From NCBI RefSeq assembly GCF_001194135.2, contig NC_069001.1, positions 16,179,571 to 16,237,901 of the forward strand: a DNA stretch of 58,331 nt, given 5' to 3'. Shown piece after piece: positions 1 through 11,869 of this stretch; the stretch's first letter is position 1, and each line of letters opens with the position of its first letter. Source of the stretch: Octopus bimaculoides (lineage: Eukaryota). The notes under the pieces were generated by a model. It was not told the DNA's origin. It saw only the letters and a list, made by a program, of their open reading frames with translations, and ran no database searches. Made by a program: the position numbers and the translations under genes.

Positions 1-37
<37 letters not shown>

Positions 38-1061
38 TCCTTCACTCTTTTACACCTTTATTTGTTTCAGTCATTTGACTGTGGCCATGCAGGAGCACCG
101 CCTTTAGTCGAACAGATCGACCTCAGAACTTATTCTTTATAGGCCTAGTACTTATTATCGCTCGCTTTTACCAAACTGCTAAGTTACGGGGACGTAGACA
201 CATCAATATTGGTTGTCATCTACCAAATCCACTAACAAAGCTTTGGTTGGCTTGAAGCTATAGCAGAAGGTACTGGTCACACGTACACAGAGGGACAGAC
301 AGAAAGGTAGACACACATAGACACAGAAAGACAGACATATGCATACACACACACACACACACGACTAAATCAAATTGTCTTTGTTTCTTTCTTTCTCCAA
401 GATGGTAAGGAGAATTTGTGAGAGATTGGGCAGCTATTTCCAGCAGATTAAGTAACTGCAGACAGACACTACTGTTAGCTTGTTATTTAATTGATGCTGC
501 AGTGTAGATTTTGGAATTAAGAATGCTGCTAATTAGTTCTTATCTTAACAGTCCTCTTGGTTCTTATCTTGACGATCTTCTTGGATGTTATCCTAACCAA
601 CAAGAAATGTCTGCTACATGAAATATGCTCTCACACACACACACAGCCACATATACATACATATATACAGGTTTCTTTATCAGTTGCTATAAACCAAATC
701 CACTTACAAGGCTTTGGTCAGCCTAGAGCCATAACAAAAGACACTTGTCCAATGGGATTGCATGCCAAACCACGTGGCTCAAATCAGACTTCTCATCCCC
801 CACAGCCATACAGGCACAGTATAAAATAAATAAGTTCCCCCAAATTACACTGCTGCCATCTTTTAAGAGAAAAGATAATCCGAAGGATAGAGATTTTTTG
901 GTTCAAGCTTGAACAACAGTTATTCTTCCTTACGCAATGCAATCCAGCATGCTCACTTTGGACAGCTAGAAATAGAAGCTAGAATTCACAACAGCAACCT
1001 TGCACAGTAAGTTATTCAAACAAGAAGTTTTATCTATCAACAAAATGAATTCACTGCACAC

Positions 1062-1345
1062 TATATTGACCAGACTATCAGATGTTATTGCACATCACTG
1101 GTTACAATGCGCTTCCTTGTGCTGTTTTATCTTTCGATTGATGCCATCCTGCTGTGGCAGGCAAGCCAAAGTTCCCCATGAACAGAAATACCAGTCCATT
1201 GCAGGGTTACCCATTTACAACTGAGTGGACTGGAGCAATGTCACATTAAGTTTCTTTTGCCCAAGAACACAATGCACCACCTGTCTGAGAATTGAAACCA
1301 CAATCTTGCAATTGCAACACCTGAACCACTAATCCATATCCCTCC
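1062..1345 (-). mobile_element. SINE with family-B-type head and a fourth 3' module
   Basis: Tail gaccagactatcagatgtt...ctggttacaatg is shared with 13415-13660(-) and 19300-19545(+). The head is shared with family B. Confidence 0.75.
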
Positions 1346-1375
1346 ACATTTACTGAATTACAATAGGAAGAAATA

Positions 1376-1760
1376 GTCTGTGTGGAAAGAGGTTTGCTTC
1401 CTAACCACATTGTTCTTGGTTCAGTCTAACTACATGGAAAGTGTCTTCTACTATAGCCTCAGGCTGACCGAACCTTGTGAGAGGATTTGGTAGACAGAAA
1501 CTGAAAGAAGCCCATCGTATATATATATGTATATATATATATGTGTGTGTGTGTGTTTGTGTGTCTGTGTTTGTCCTCCCAACATCGCTTGACAACCGAT
1601 GCTGGTGTGTTTACGTCCTTGCAACTTAGCAGTTCGACAAAAGAGACCGATAGAATAAGTACTAGGCTTACAAAGAATAAGTCCTGGTGTCGATTTGCTC
1701 GACTGAAGGTGGTGCTCCAGCATGGCCACAGTCAAATGACTGAAACAAGTAAAAAGAGTA
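1376..1760 (+). mobile_element. SINE family A copy
   Basis: Near full-length match to the 22884-23300 copy, with an internal (TA)n(TG)n. Confidence 0.9.
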
Positions 1761-1876
1761 ATATATATATATATATATATATATTAATAATATTAATATA
1801 ACAAAAGAATGAATGAGACCTCGATATTATGCAAATAGAAGAATTTATCTATAAATGTAATGTGAGAATTAGTTGG

Positions 1877-1951
1877 TTGTCATAATAAAACTCAGACTTT
1901 CGGATGCCAGGGTTGAAGTCTGCTCTGGTGTCTCATCAGTTATTAAGACAA
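1877..1951 (-). ncRNA. Second, inverted hammerhead-like motif (stem III mutated, probably impaired)
   Basis: Reverse complement reads ttgtcttaataa CTGATGA gacaccag...ctggcatcc GAAA gtctgag tt ttattatgacaa. Stem I and the core are the same as in the plus copy, but GAAAG replaces GAAAC and stem II has two mismatches. Confidence 0.5.
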
Positions 1952-1994
1952 ATAATGGTTTTAGCGAAGAAATAACCTTTACAAGCGATTTTGT

Positions 1995-2069
1995 TTGTCT
2001 TAATAACTGATGAGATGCCGGAGCAGACTCCACCCCCAGTATCCGAAACTCTGAGTTTTATTATGACAA
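1995..2069 (+). ncRNA. Type I hammerhead ribozyme-like motif (core intact)
   Basis: Stem I ttgtcttaataa (1995-2006) pairs with ttattatgacaa (2058-2069), 11 of 12 bp. Core CTGATGA at 2007-2013. Stem II gatgccgg...ccagtatc(c) at 2014-2044. GAAA at 2045-2048. Near-palindromic stem III actc-t-gagt. NUH triplet GUU, with predicted cleavage after 2057. Confidence 0.65.
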
Positions 2070-2112
2070 CCAACTAATTGTCACACATTATATTTATATA
2101 TATATATTACTT

Positions 2113-2510
2113 AGGTGCAGGTGTGGCTGTGTGGTAAGAAGCTTTCTTCCCAACCATGTGGTTCAAAGTCAGTCCCACTGCATGACCCCTTGGGCAAGTA
2201 TCTTCTGCTATAGCCTTGGGCCAACCAAAGCCCTGTGAGTGGATTTGGTAGATGGAAACTGAAAGAAGTCAGTACACACACATTATTTATGTGTGTGTGT
2301 CTTTGTGTGTTTGTCCCCCCTCCCCAACACTACTGCTTGACAACCGGTTTAAGTACCTGTAAGCAGTTTGGCGGAAGAGAACACAAGAATAAACACAACG
2401 CTTAAAATGAAAAAAACATAAGCACTGGAGTCAATTCATTTCACAAAAAATTCTTCAAGGTTGTGCCCCAGCATGGCCTCAGTCTAATGACAGACAGTAA
2501 AAAGGAAAAA
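2113..2510 (+). mobile_element. SINE family A copy
   Basis: Runs from ggtgcaggtgtggctgtgtggtaagaagc to cagcatggcctcagtctaatgacagacagtaaaaagg. Confidence 0.85.
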
Positions 2511-2527
2511 CATACACACACACATGC

Positions 2528-2558
<31 letters not shown>

Positions 2559-2764
2559 CATTAAAAACGTAAAAATAATTAAGCGAATTAGATGGGTGCT
2601 TACAATTATCAAGTATTACCTCTAACATTTACTTTACCTACGTGATTCACGTTGTCCTTCTGATTGGTATATATATATACATATATATAGATATATATAT
2701 ATATAGATATATATATATATATATACACACACACAAATACACACATATATATATATATATATAT

Positions 2765-2797
<33 letters not shown>

Positions 2798-2818
2798 CGT
2801 ACATATATACACATATAC

Positions 2819-2859
<41 letters not shown>

Positions 2860-4476
2860 ATTACATGTCTATAAAAGAAAGAAAACTAACGGCAGAAAAT
2901 ACAATCGAGTAATAAAGTTATAAGAATTATTACCTACTTTTCCCCGGCTGTTTTAACTGAACATTAACGAAATAATACTCCGCAAGTTATGCTGTTTTCA
3001 TGACAAAAAAGAAATCTCATTTGAATCTTATGTCAAGGATGGGCTACTAATATCAACAGGCTTGCCCTAAAAAATTGTCAACATGGAAGTGACTAACAAT
3101 TATGCACACACATATACACACACACAAACACACACGCACTCATGCATACAAGCAATTATGGGTAATAGACCGATAAATTGCATGATAACACTACGCACAC
3201 ACACACATATATAAACCACCTAACATACATACCAACACCCATATAGTTACACAGATACATACACACAATCTTATACTTATATAGATATATTTTACATATG
3301 CACATACATATATGGAGAAAGGAAGAGAACTTAAGTGCCAAGAGTTGGTGGAGAACTGCCACAAGAATGGGTGAAGAACAAGGTATTTACCAGTGGAAGT
3401 TGATAGCTGTGGGTTCATGTCATACCCTGTGTATCAAATATGTATGTGTGTGTGTATGTATACACACACACACACACACGGTGGGGGGGGGGCTGTAAAG
3501 TTCTTGGCTCTAAAGTACCATGAAAAGCTTGGTTGAAGGCCCAAACTTTCAAGTTATTTTACATGGCTTAGGAAAACTGAAGGACTGCTGCAAGTGTGTG
3601 AATTTAAGAGTGGAATATGTTGAATAAAATCATAATTAACTGATCTTCCTGTATTTTCTTTTACTCAAATTTAGGAACTTTCAGCATACGCTGTAGAAGA
3701 ACCACCAGAAACAGTATAGCGGCTGCTGAAAAAAGCATCATGATAGCTTTGGATGAAAGGTTTTTGGTGGTGGTCAGTAGAATGCTGCTATAGACATAGG
3801 CTCAGGTTGGGTCACCTGGATGAGAGTGAATATTGTAAGATCCCAAATAACCAGTGATGCCAAGGCAAATGCTTCATATACAGTAACCTAGGTCAGATCA
3901 CCTGGATAAAAGTGCATGTTGTGAGGCTCAGAAAAACTAGTGACCCCAAAGGTTACCGTATTGATGATGGGTCCAAGTTTTGTACATGTACATGTATGTT
4001 GAATTATATATAAGTGTGTGTGTGTGTGTGTGTGAATCTGCAAAGATCATGGCATGACCCTTTCTTTCTGTTCAGGCTATTTAATACAAAACTAAATAAA
4101 TTAGTACTTTCAGTGAAATGTACTCTTTTCAATGGGCCTAGAATGTTTTCCTATAATTACTTTGTTGATTTCCTTCCACTTATCTCTCAAGCACCAATTG
4201 TTGAGAAATCTCTCTCCTTCACTTTTCTCTGATCATTGCTTTAATGTCTACTTTTCCCATCTTACATGGATCAGATGAAATCTGTAAAGGGAAATCTACT
4301 ACAGCCAGATACCTTCCCTACTACGAACCCCTCACTTATTTCCAAGCAAGGCAACACTCTCCCATTGCTGGGACATATTTCCAGGGAAGATTGGAAATGA
4401 AGGAAACCACATACTTGTTTACAACTGTTGTGTTTTCACAGCAAAGAAACACAACATACTGCACACCCACATATAT

Positions 4477-4523
<47 letters not shown>

Positions 4524-4880
4524 TACACATATGTTCAGTAGGTGTCTTTCAGTTTCATCATCATCCTTTAACATCTGTTTTCCATGCTGGCATGGGTTGG
4601 ATGGTTTGATGTGAGTTGGCCAGCAAGTGAGCTGTCCAGACTCCAATTCTCTGTTTTGGCATGGTCTCTATGGCAGGATGCCCTTCCTAACACCAACCAC
4701 TCGAAGAGTGTAATGGGTGCTTTTATGTACCACCAATACAGGTACCATTCGCATGACCCCAGGGTTTAATTATGTGCCACCAGCATGGGTGCCAATTTGC
4801 GTGACACTGGTATCTGCCATGACTGCAATTTTGCTCAGCTTGATGGGTCTTCTTTTCAAGCATGACATGATGTGTGTCTG

Positions 4881-4929
<49 letters not shown>

Positions 4930-4935
4930 ATATAT

Positions 4936-5073
4936 ATATACACAATTTACAAAAGAGGTATTAATAGTTTCATGCTTTAGAGATACAATAAATTGGCATG
5001 TTAAATAAATCTGCCAATTCTTTGTAACTCTAAAGCATGAAACTGTTAGTAGCTCTTTTATAAATTGTGTATA
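4936..5073. repeat. Hairpin / fold-back element (about 62-bp arms, 13-nt loop)
   Basis: atatacacaatttacaaaagag...aattggca is inverted as tgccaatt...ctcttttataaattgtgtatat with about 7 mismatches. Both ends are TA-rich. Confidence 0.85.
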
Positions 5074-8000
5074 TTAAAATATATTTATCTCTCACTGATA
5101 GAATACCTTTTTTCTTAATTCTACCTACAACAGAACTGTAAACTATATATGTATATATTTGATGGTATATTAAATACCCTTTTTTCAGATGTGTAAAACA
5201 AAAATGACCTTGGGTCCTATATGCAACATTGGTCTCCCCATAAATTAATTTTGTTCCTGACACTCACAACTATAGACTAATTTTAACCCAGCTGACCTCT
5301 TGTACCTAGCCTGATTCTGTAATGGTAATAATAATATTCACTTAAGCATTATTATTGTACAATATTGTTTTGTGTTAGATTGTTTAAAATATTACATGCA
5401 TTAAAACACTATAAATTTTCACTCTTAAGATGCACTACTGAAATTCAGGTATATCTATTATGTTTCTCTGCCTTTTATGCTATCAAAGATAATGTGTGTG
5501 CATCTGCACATGTGTGTATATCTGTATGTATGTGTGTGTGTGTGTTTCTGTGCATATGTGCATGTATATGTATATATATATATTATGTATCATCATCATC
5601 ACCATATATATAGAGTTGTGTGTGTGTCTGTGTGTTTCTGTGTGTGTAGCTACAAGCAAATTTATTGATACATAGATTATTCAACCCTTTTTTTTATCCC
5701 CTGCTTAATATTATTTATCAGATTACCATTCCCTGTTAGGTTCATTCCATACCAAAGTGGCCACAATAAGCACCTTCTTTTGTATTATTTCCTTTTTGTT
5801 TCTTTCTATCTTACCACAACAGCACTAAATTTGGTCATTTATCAGCATCAAAGCATGAACAAAATAGTTGTCTCAGAGAATAAAAAAGCATTAAATTTCA
5901 TTTGCGTAGTATAATAGTATAATTGATTTCAATGTTGCACAACTGGTTGCACAGCACATGAATGCACAATTGCAGAGTTTTTTCGAGATAACATTAACAT
6001 TTGTTCTGTTATAAATAAATTAGAAATTTAATTTAGTGTTAGGCTGGAACATAGTTTTGAAGCAAAACAGGTGAGGCTTCATTATTTTATTCATAATGAT
6101 GGTAATAATAACAAAATAGGTGAAGCTTTACTAGGTTCTAACTTCCAACCACCACCACCACCACCACTTAGTTAAGTAAAGTCTTCATAGTAATGATGTG
6201 TAGGGAGACAGTATTTCATTATGCAACCATACAAAGTATATTAAACATTCTTATAAGTCATTACCTATTACTTATTTTTCATCTTCAATCTCAATGTTGT
6301 TTGCATCAGGTGTCTCAGATATAAAACATTGTAACAAAATTAGTGCTGGCTATAATTTTATAATTTCTATAGAAAATTTGTAAAGACAACCTTAACAAGT
6401 CTCCATGGTGTGTGCGTGCGTGTGTGTGTGTAATAGCAGTTTCTTTCTGTCCAAAGATCATAAGAAAAATCACCCTCAAGTGATTATGTAAATTGGTTCT
6501 TGACACTACAGGACTTTTCTTCCGGTCTATGCTTAGTACTTTTAAGATGACAGTCTGTCTGTCTGTGCAATCTGATACCACTCTTTAGAGATCTGACCAC
6601 AGTGGCTCAATGGACTGAGAATGTTGTGATGATCAGAAAGCTGTAGGTTTTACATTGGAGTGGCCTTGCTGTAGGTGAATACCTACATTATTATTATTAT
6701 TAATGGCCTAGTGTTGCACTCACAATTGCAAGATCATGGTTTCCATTCCTGGACCAGATGGTGCGTTGTGTTCTTGAGCAAAACACTTTATCTCACATTG
6801 CTCTGTGATCACTTCAAAACTAGATGTGTGGTACACAGTGCACCAACACAGGAGAACGTCGATTTGATAGAGGGAGTGAGCTGATGTACAGCTCATACAC
6901 TTAAGCACTATAAGCAAATCATTTTTGCAGGCTGTTTGGCAAAAGCTGAACACTCATATGTCGTCTCTGATGGGAGAGTCTATCATTGTTAAAGAGCTGG
7001 TAGAATTGTTAGCACACTGGGCCAAATACTTTGCGGAATTTTGTCTGTCTTTATGTTCTGAGTTCAAATTCCGCTGAGGTCAACTTTGCCTTTCATCCTT
7101 TTGGGTGTCGATGAAAAGAGTATCAGTTGAGCACTGGTATCAATGTAACTCACTATCCCTTCCACCAAATTTCAGGCCTTGTGCCTTCAATAGAAAGCAT
7201 TATCATTATTATTATTATTATTATTATTTGTTATACAGGCACAAGGCCTGAAATTTTGGGAAGAGGGTGAAGTTGACTATATCAGCTCCATACTTAGCTT
7301 GTACTTTACTGACCTTGGAGCAATTTTCCCCGCAATGCTCTAAAGGTTCCGCCAATCCTCTATCCTTATTACAACAACAACAGCAGCAGCAGCCTTGTTA
7401 GAATCTTCAAGACACTTTAGTCTGTAAATAACTAACCCTCTAACCTACAATTTATCTCTTATCAGCTGTATAATGATGTATCATCTGAATGGAAGCGTTT
7501 TTATCAAAGACTCTTCTTTATTTTTTTTCCATGTTGATATAGCTTAAATGGTTCTGCAAAACTACTTAATTCCTTCAGATAGTGTTGTTCCCTGGTTAGT
7601 TTTATCACAAAAAACCCCACCTTCACTTCTAACCTTCTGCTGATATCATCTTATCTAAGAATCTCAATGTGTCCTCTCTTCCAAAACTTATTCCTAAACC
7701 TTCCCCCACCATCACCACCTACCAAACCACATCCACCCCAGTTTTCTCTCTTCTCTCTCTCTCAGCATCATATATTCAAAGAAAACAGATTCTCTTACCT
7801 AACATTTATTGCCCCACACTGATATCCGTAACCCACTCACCATTGCAGGAAAAAAAAATGATTTCGTTTGCCTTTGAGGAACACAAAACTTATATATTTG
7901 TAAAGGGTGGGGGAACCCATGTATTTTCTCATCACATTCTCAACTGAGGGAGGGAGCTGCCATGCAGCATCCAAATCACATCTGTCCAAGACACGTGCCA

Positions 8001-8454
8001 TGGAGATGGAATCAGGATAAGCAAAACCAATTAATAAGTCAACTGTCAAAAAAAGAACTTATCACTTTCAGAGTAGCTTTTGTTTGTTTCAGTATTTGGA
8101 TATAGGCCATGCTGGAGTACTAACTTGAAGGATTTAGTTGAACATGTCAATCCTAGTACTTATTGATACTTATTCTAATGGCCTCTTTTTGCTGAACTGC
8201 TGAGTGATGGGGATATCAACAAACCAATACAAGTTAAGCAGTCGTTGGGGGGAAAACAGACACACGCACAACAGGATTCTTTCAATTTCCATGTACCAAA
8301 TCCGTTCACAAAGTTTAGGTTGCTATGCAGTGGGACTGAACCCAAGATCACATGGTTGAGAAGCAACCACGGGGTCTTGTCACAAAGCCAGCCACCCCTA
8401 TGCCTATGTAAGTATGTGCAAGCGCAGGCACAGTTGTGTGGTAAGAAGCTTGTT

Positions 8455-8846
8455 TTAACTCTTTTGTTACCACATTTCTGTTGAGATGCTCTGTGTTTCT
8501 TTCAATTAATTTTAAATATAACAAAGAATTTAGTAAAATAACTTAGTTGTCATTAAGCTAGTATTAGGAACATAAATTGTGACTAAGGTTTAGTGGAAGA
8601 TTTTAATACAGAACTTTTGAAAACAAGATATTTGTACTACAGAGCCAGAGGTGGTTTCAGCCGGGTTAGTATCAAAAGGTCTGAATTAATCATACATTAT
8701 CTTGTAGTTTTGAGAATTCAATGATGTGATTGCTGCATTTTTAGAATGACATTGTAGGGTAGTTGTGAGAGATCAGATTTGGCTGGTTTGAATATAAAAC
8801 AGAATATTTGGGCTGGATATGGCTAGTTTAAATGCTAAAGAGTTAA
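8455..8846. mobile_element. piggyBac-type MITE inserted in a SINE A head
   Basis: Ends ttaactcttt and aaagagttaa with TTAA at both termini. The SINE head (gtggtaagaagcttgt) is cut at the left end. A related 3' end lies at about 12830-12990. Confidence 0.65.
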
Positions 8847-9893
8847 CATAGTTGGACAATGTAATATGAAAAGTTGTGATGGTCATCGTTGTGTACCTTT
8901 GATCTACTGAATCAGAGCTGACTTATGGCCAAGCAACAACATCCACTTTTCATCCATTTTCTCCTTTCACTATTCCTGGGAGGGTCATAGGGAGAAAGTC
9001 CTCAAGCACCTCCTTCATAAGATCCTTTATGAAGCAACTGCCATTACACTTTCTAGCTAAATTCTCAAGTGTGACCAACTGAGTCTATGGATATTACACT
9101 GTGTAACACGATTTTTGTCCTTGGGTAGCAACTGTTATTTCCTATTTGTTTACCCCTAAAAAGTATGAAAAATGGCTAATATTTCCTTCAAAGTTTGGTT
9201 TTGTTACGATATTTATTCAAACCCCAAAGAATCCCTCTCATTTAATCTATGCCAGCATGAAAAAGCAAAGTGCTGCTGCTACCCCTGGTAAAATGATGAT
9301 GCAGCATTTATTGTTTGTAATTCATTAATTATAATTAATTACTTATAATTTTCATTTATCAATAGTAGAACAAATATTAAACTATATGCATTATATTATG
9401 GGTTATATGGAGAATTCTGATTTTATCTTTAGATATTGTTCTTGCAAAGTCTACTGATAATGTTTTAGTTTTTGAGGTGCAGGAGTGGTTGTATGGTAAG
9501 TAGCTTGCTTACCAACCACATGGTTCTGGGCTCAGTCCCACAGTACGGTACCTTGGGCAAGTATCTTCTAGTATAGCCTCGGGCCGACCAAAGCCTTGTG
9601 AGTGGATTTGGTAGATAGAAACTGAAAGAAGCCCATTGTATATGTATGTGTGTGTGTGTGTGTGTGTGTGTCTCTGTTTGTCCCCACCACCATCACTTGA
9701 CAACTGATGTTGGTGTGTTTACATCTCTGTAACTTAGCCGTTCGGCAAAAGAGACCGATAGAATAAGTACTAGGCTTACAAAGAACAAGTCCTGGGGTCA
9801 ATTTGTTTGACTAAATGCGGCCAGCTCCTGTCAAACTGTCCAATCCATGCCAGCATGGAAGGAGGGCATTAAACAATGATGACTATAATGATG

Positions 9894-9940
<47 letters not shown>

Positions 9941-10089
9941 TTCTTTTACTCTTTTACTTGTTTCAGTCATTTGACTGTGGCCATGCTGGAGCACTGCCTT
10001 TAGTCGCGCAAATCGACCCCAGGACTTATTTTTTGTAAGCCTAGTACTTATTCTATCAGTCTCTTTTGCCGAACCACTATGTTATGGGG

Positions 10090-10533
10090 NNNNNNNNNNN
10101 NNNNNNNNNNNNNNNNNNNNNNNNNNNNNNNNNNNNNNNNNNNNNNNNNNNNNNNNNNNNNNNNNNNNNNNNNNNNNNNNNNNNNNNNNNNNNNNNNNNN
10201 NNNNNNNNNNNNNNNNNNNNNNNNNNNNNNNNNNNNNNNNNNNNNNNNNNNNNNNNNNNNNNNNNNNNNNNNNNNNNNNNNNNNNNNNNNNNNNNNNNNN
10301 NNNNNNNNNNNNNNNNNNNNNNNNNNNNNNNNNNNNNNNNNNNNNNNNNNNNNNNNNNNNNNNNNNNNNNNNNNNNNNNNNNNNNNNNNNNNNNNNNNNN
10401 NNNNNNNNNNNNNNNNNNNNNNNNNNNNNNNNNNNNNNNNNNNNNNNNNNNNNNNNNNNNNNNNNNNNNNNNNNNNNNNNNNNNNNNNNNNNNNNNNNNN
10501 NNNNNNNNNNNNNNNNNNNNNNNNNNNNNNNNN
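10090..10533. other. Assembly gap (one of seven)
   Basis: N runs at 10090-10533, 14563-14662, 16619-16628, 38812-38962, 39858-40278, 52818-53060 and 54217-54475. Confidence 1.
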
Positions 10534-10539
10534 AGGCGA

Positions 10540-10903
10540 TGACTACTGACCGAGACCTTTGGAAATGTGCTGTGCGTGAGAAGACCCGGCAAGCCAAGTG
10601 AGACCAAGTGAGATCATTGCCAGTGCCCCTGGACTGGCTCTTGTGCGGGTGGCACATAACATACACCATTTTGAGCGTGACCGTTGCCAGTACTGCCTGA
10701 CTGGCCTTCGTGCGGGTGACACATAAAAGCACCCACTACTCTCTCTGAGTGGTTGGCATTAGGAAGGGCATCCAGCTGTAGAAACTCTGCCAAATTAGAT
10801 TGGAGCCTGGTGTTGCCATCCGGTTTCACCAGTCCTCAGTCAAATCGTCCAACCCATGCTAGCATGGAAAGCGGACGTTAAACGATGATGATGATGATGA
10901 TGA
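10540..10903 (+). mobile_element. RTE LINE 3' end (ORF2 terminus, 3' UTR, (GAT)n tail); well-preserved copy
   Basis: Encodes MTTDRDLWKCAVREKTRQAK*, then ggttggcattaggaagggcatccagctgtagaaa...aacccatgctagcatggaaagcggacgttaaac(gat)n. Confidence 0.85.
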
Positions 10904-11763
10904 TAGGCAAATTGAAAATAAAAATGAAAACAAAAGTTAATAGGATGTACACAGTGAATGTTTTTGGCTGATGCCCAGTTTGAGATCAAAAAAAGAGTGG
11001 GGTTGTGACATTTCGAGCATGCTCTTTAGCAGAAAGAAGACACAGGAAAGGTCCAGAGAGAAGGAAAAGAATAGTCCGAGAATAATAGATATATTGTTAT
11101 ATGGCTGGGCGACCAGGAGCAGAGAAAGACAGAGAAAGTGGTTTTTGAAGGCAGGAGAATGCAAAAAGGCCAGTGTGTGTTTTGTATGTGTGATTGTGTG
11201 TGTTTGTGTTTATGTGAATGATGTATGTGTAAGGGAGTGGTGCTGTGGACAGGTTAGTAGCTGCAGTCAGATTGCGTGGTGAGAGGTGAAATGACAAGTG
11301 TGTGTTCATATGTGTTTGTGAGTGTGTGGGTATGGATGTGTGTGTATACAAGTGTATGCATGTTTGTATGTGCACGTCTGTGTGTAAATATATATTCATC
11401 CTCATCTTCATCATTTAACATCTGTTTTCCATGCTGGCATGGGTTGGATAGTTTAACCGGAACTGATAAGGCCAGGGGCAACACCAGGCTTCATTGCCTG
11501 TTCTGGCATGGTTTTTATGGCTGGATGCCTTTCCTAATGCAAGGATACCCTTACACACACACACACACACACACACACGCATGCACGCATGCACACACAC
11601 ATGTACAGGTATGGGGGTGTTGTTAAGAAGTTTGCTTCCCAGTCATGTGTTTTGGGTTCAGTCCCACTATAGGGGACCTTGAGCAAGCATCTTCTATTAT
11701 AGCCAAAGACCAACCAATTACTTGTGAGTGAATTTGATAAAACAGAATGAAGTTAGTCCCATG

Positions 11764-11869
<106 letters not shown>

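Larger units (their letters stand above)
1848..2098. repeat. Long inverted repeat (about 100-bp arms, about 43-bp spacer) carrying the two hammerhead motifs; possible Penelope-like/retrozyme remnant
   Basis: The left arm taaatgtaatgtgagaattagttggttgtcataataaaactcagac...ttattaagacaaa is the reverse complement of the right arm at roughly 85% identity. Both sides are flanked by (TA)-rich tracts. Confidence 0.9.

Noticed and set aside
2609-2923. ORFs rich in YI, CV or HT (also near 16500-16860, 23856-24341, 51900-52240 and elsewhere)
   Set aside because: They are translations of (TA)n/(TG)n/(CA)n microsatellites and show no coding signal.
10066-10607. Long X-filled ORFs here and at the other gaps
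   Set aside because: Artefacts of N runs.
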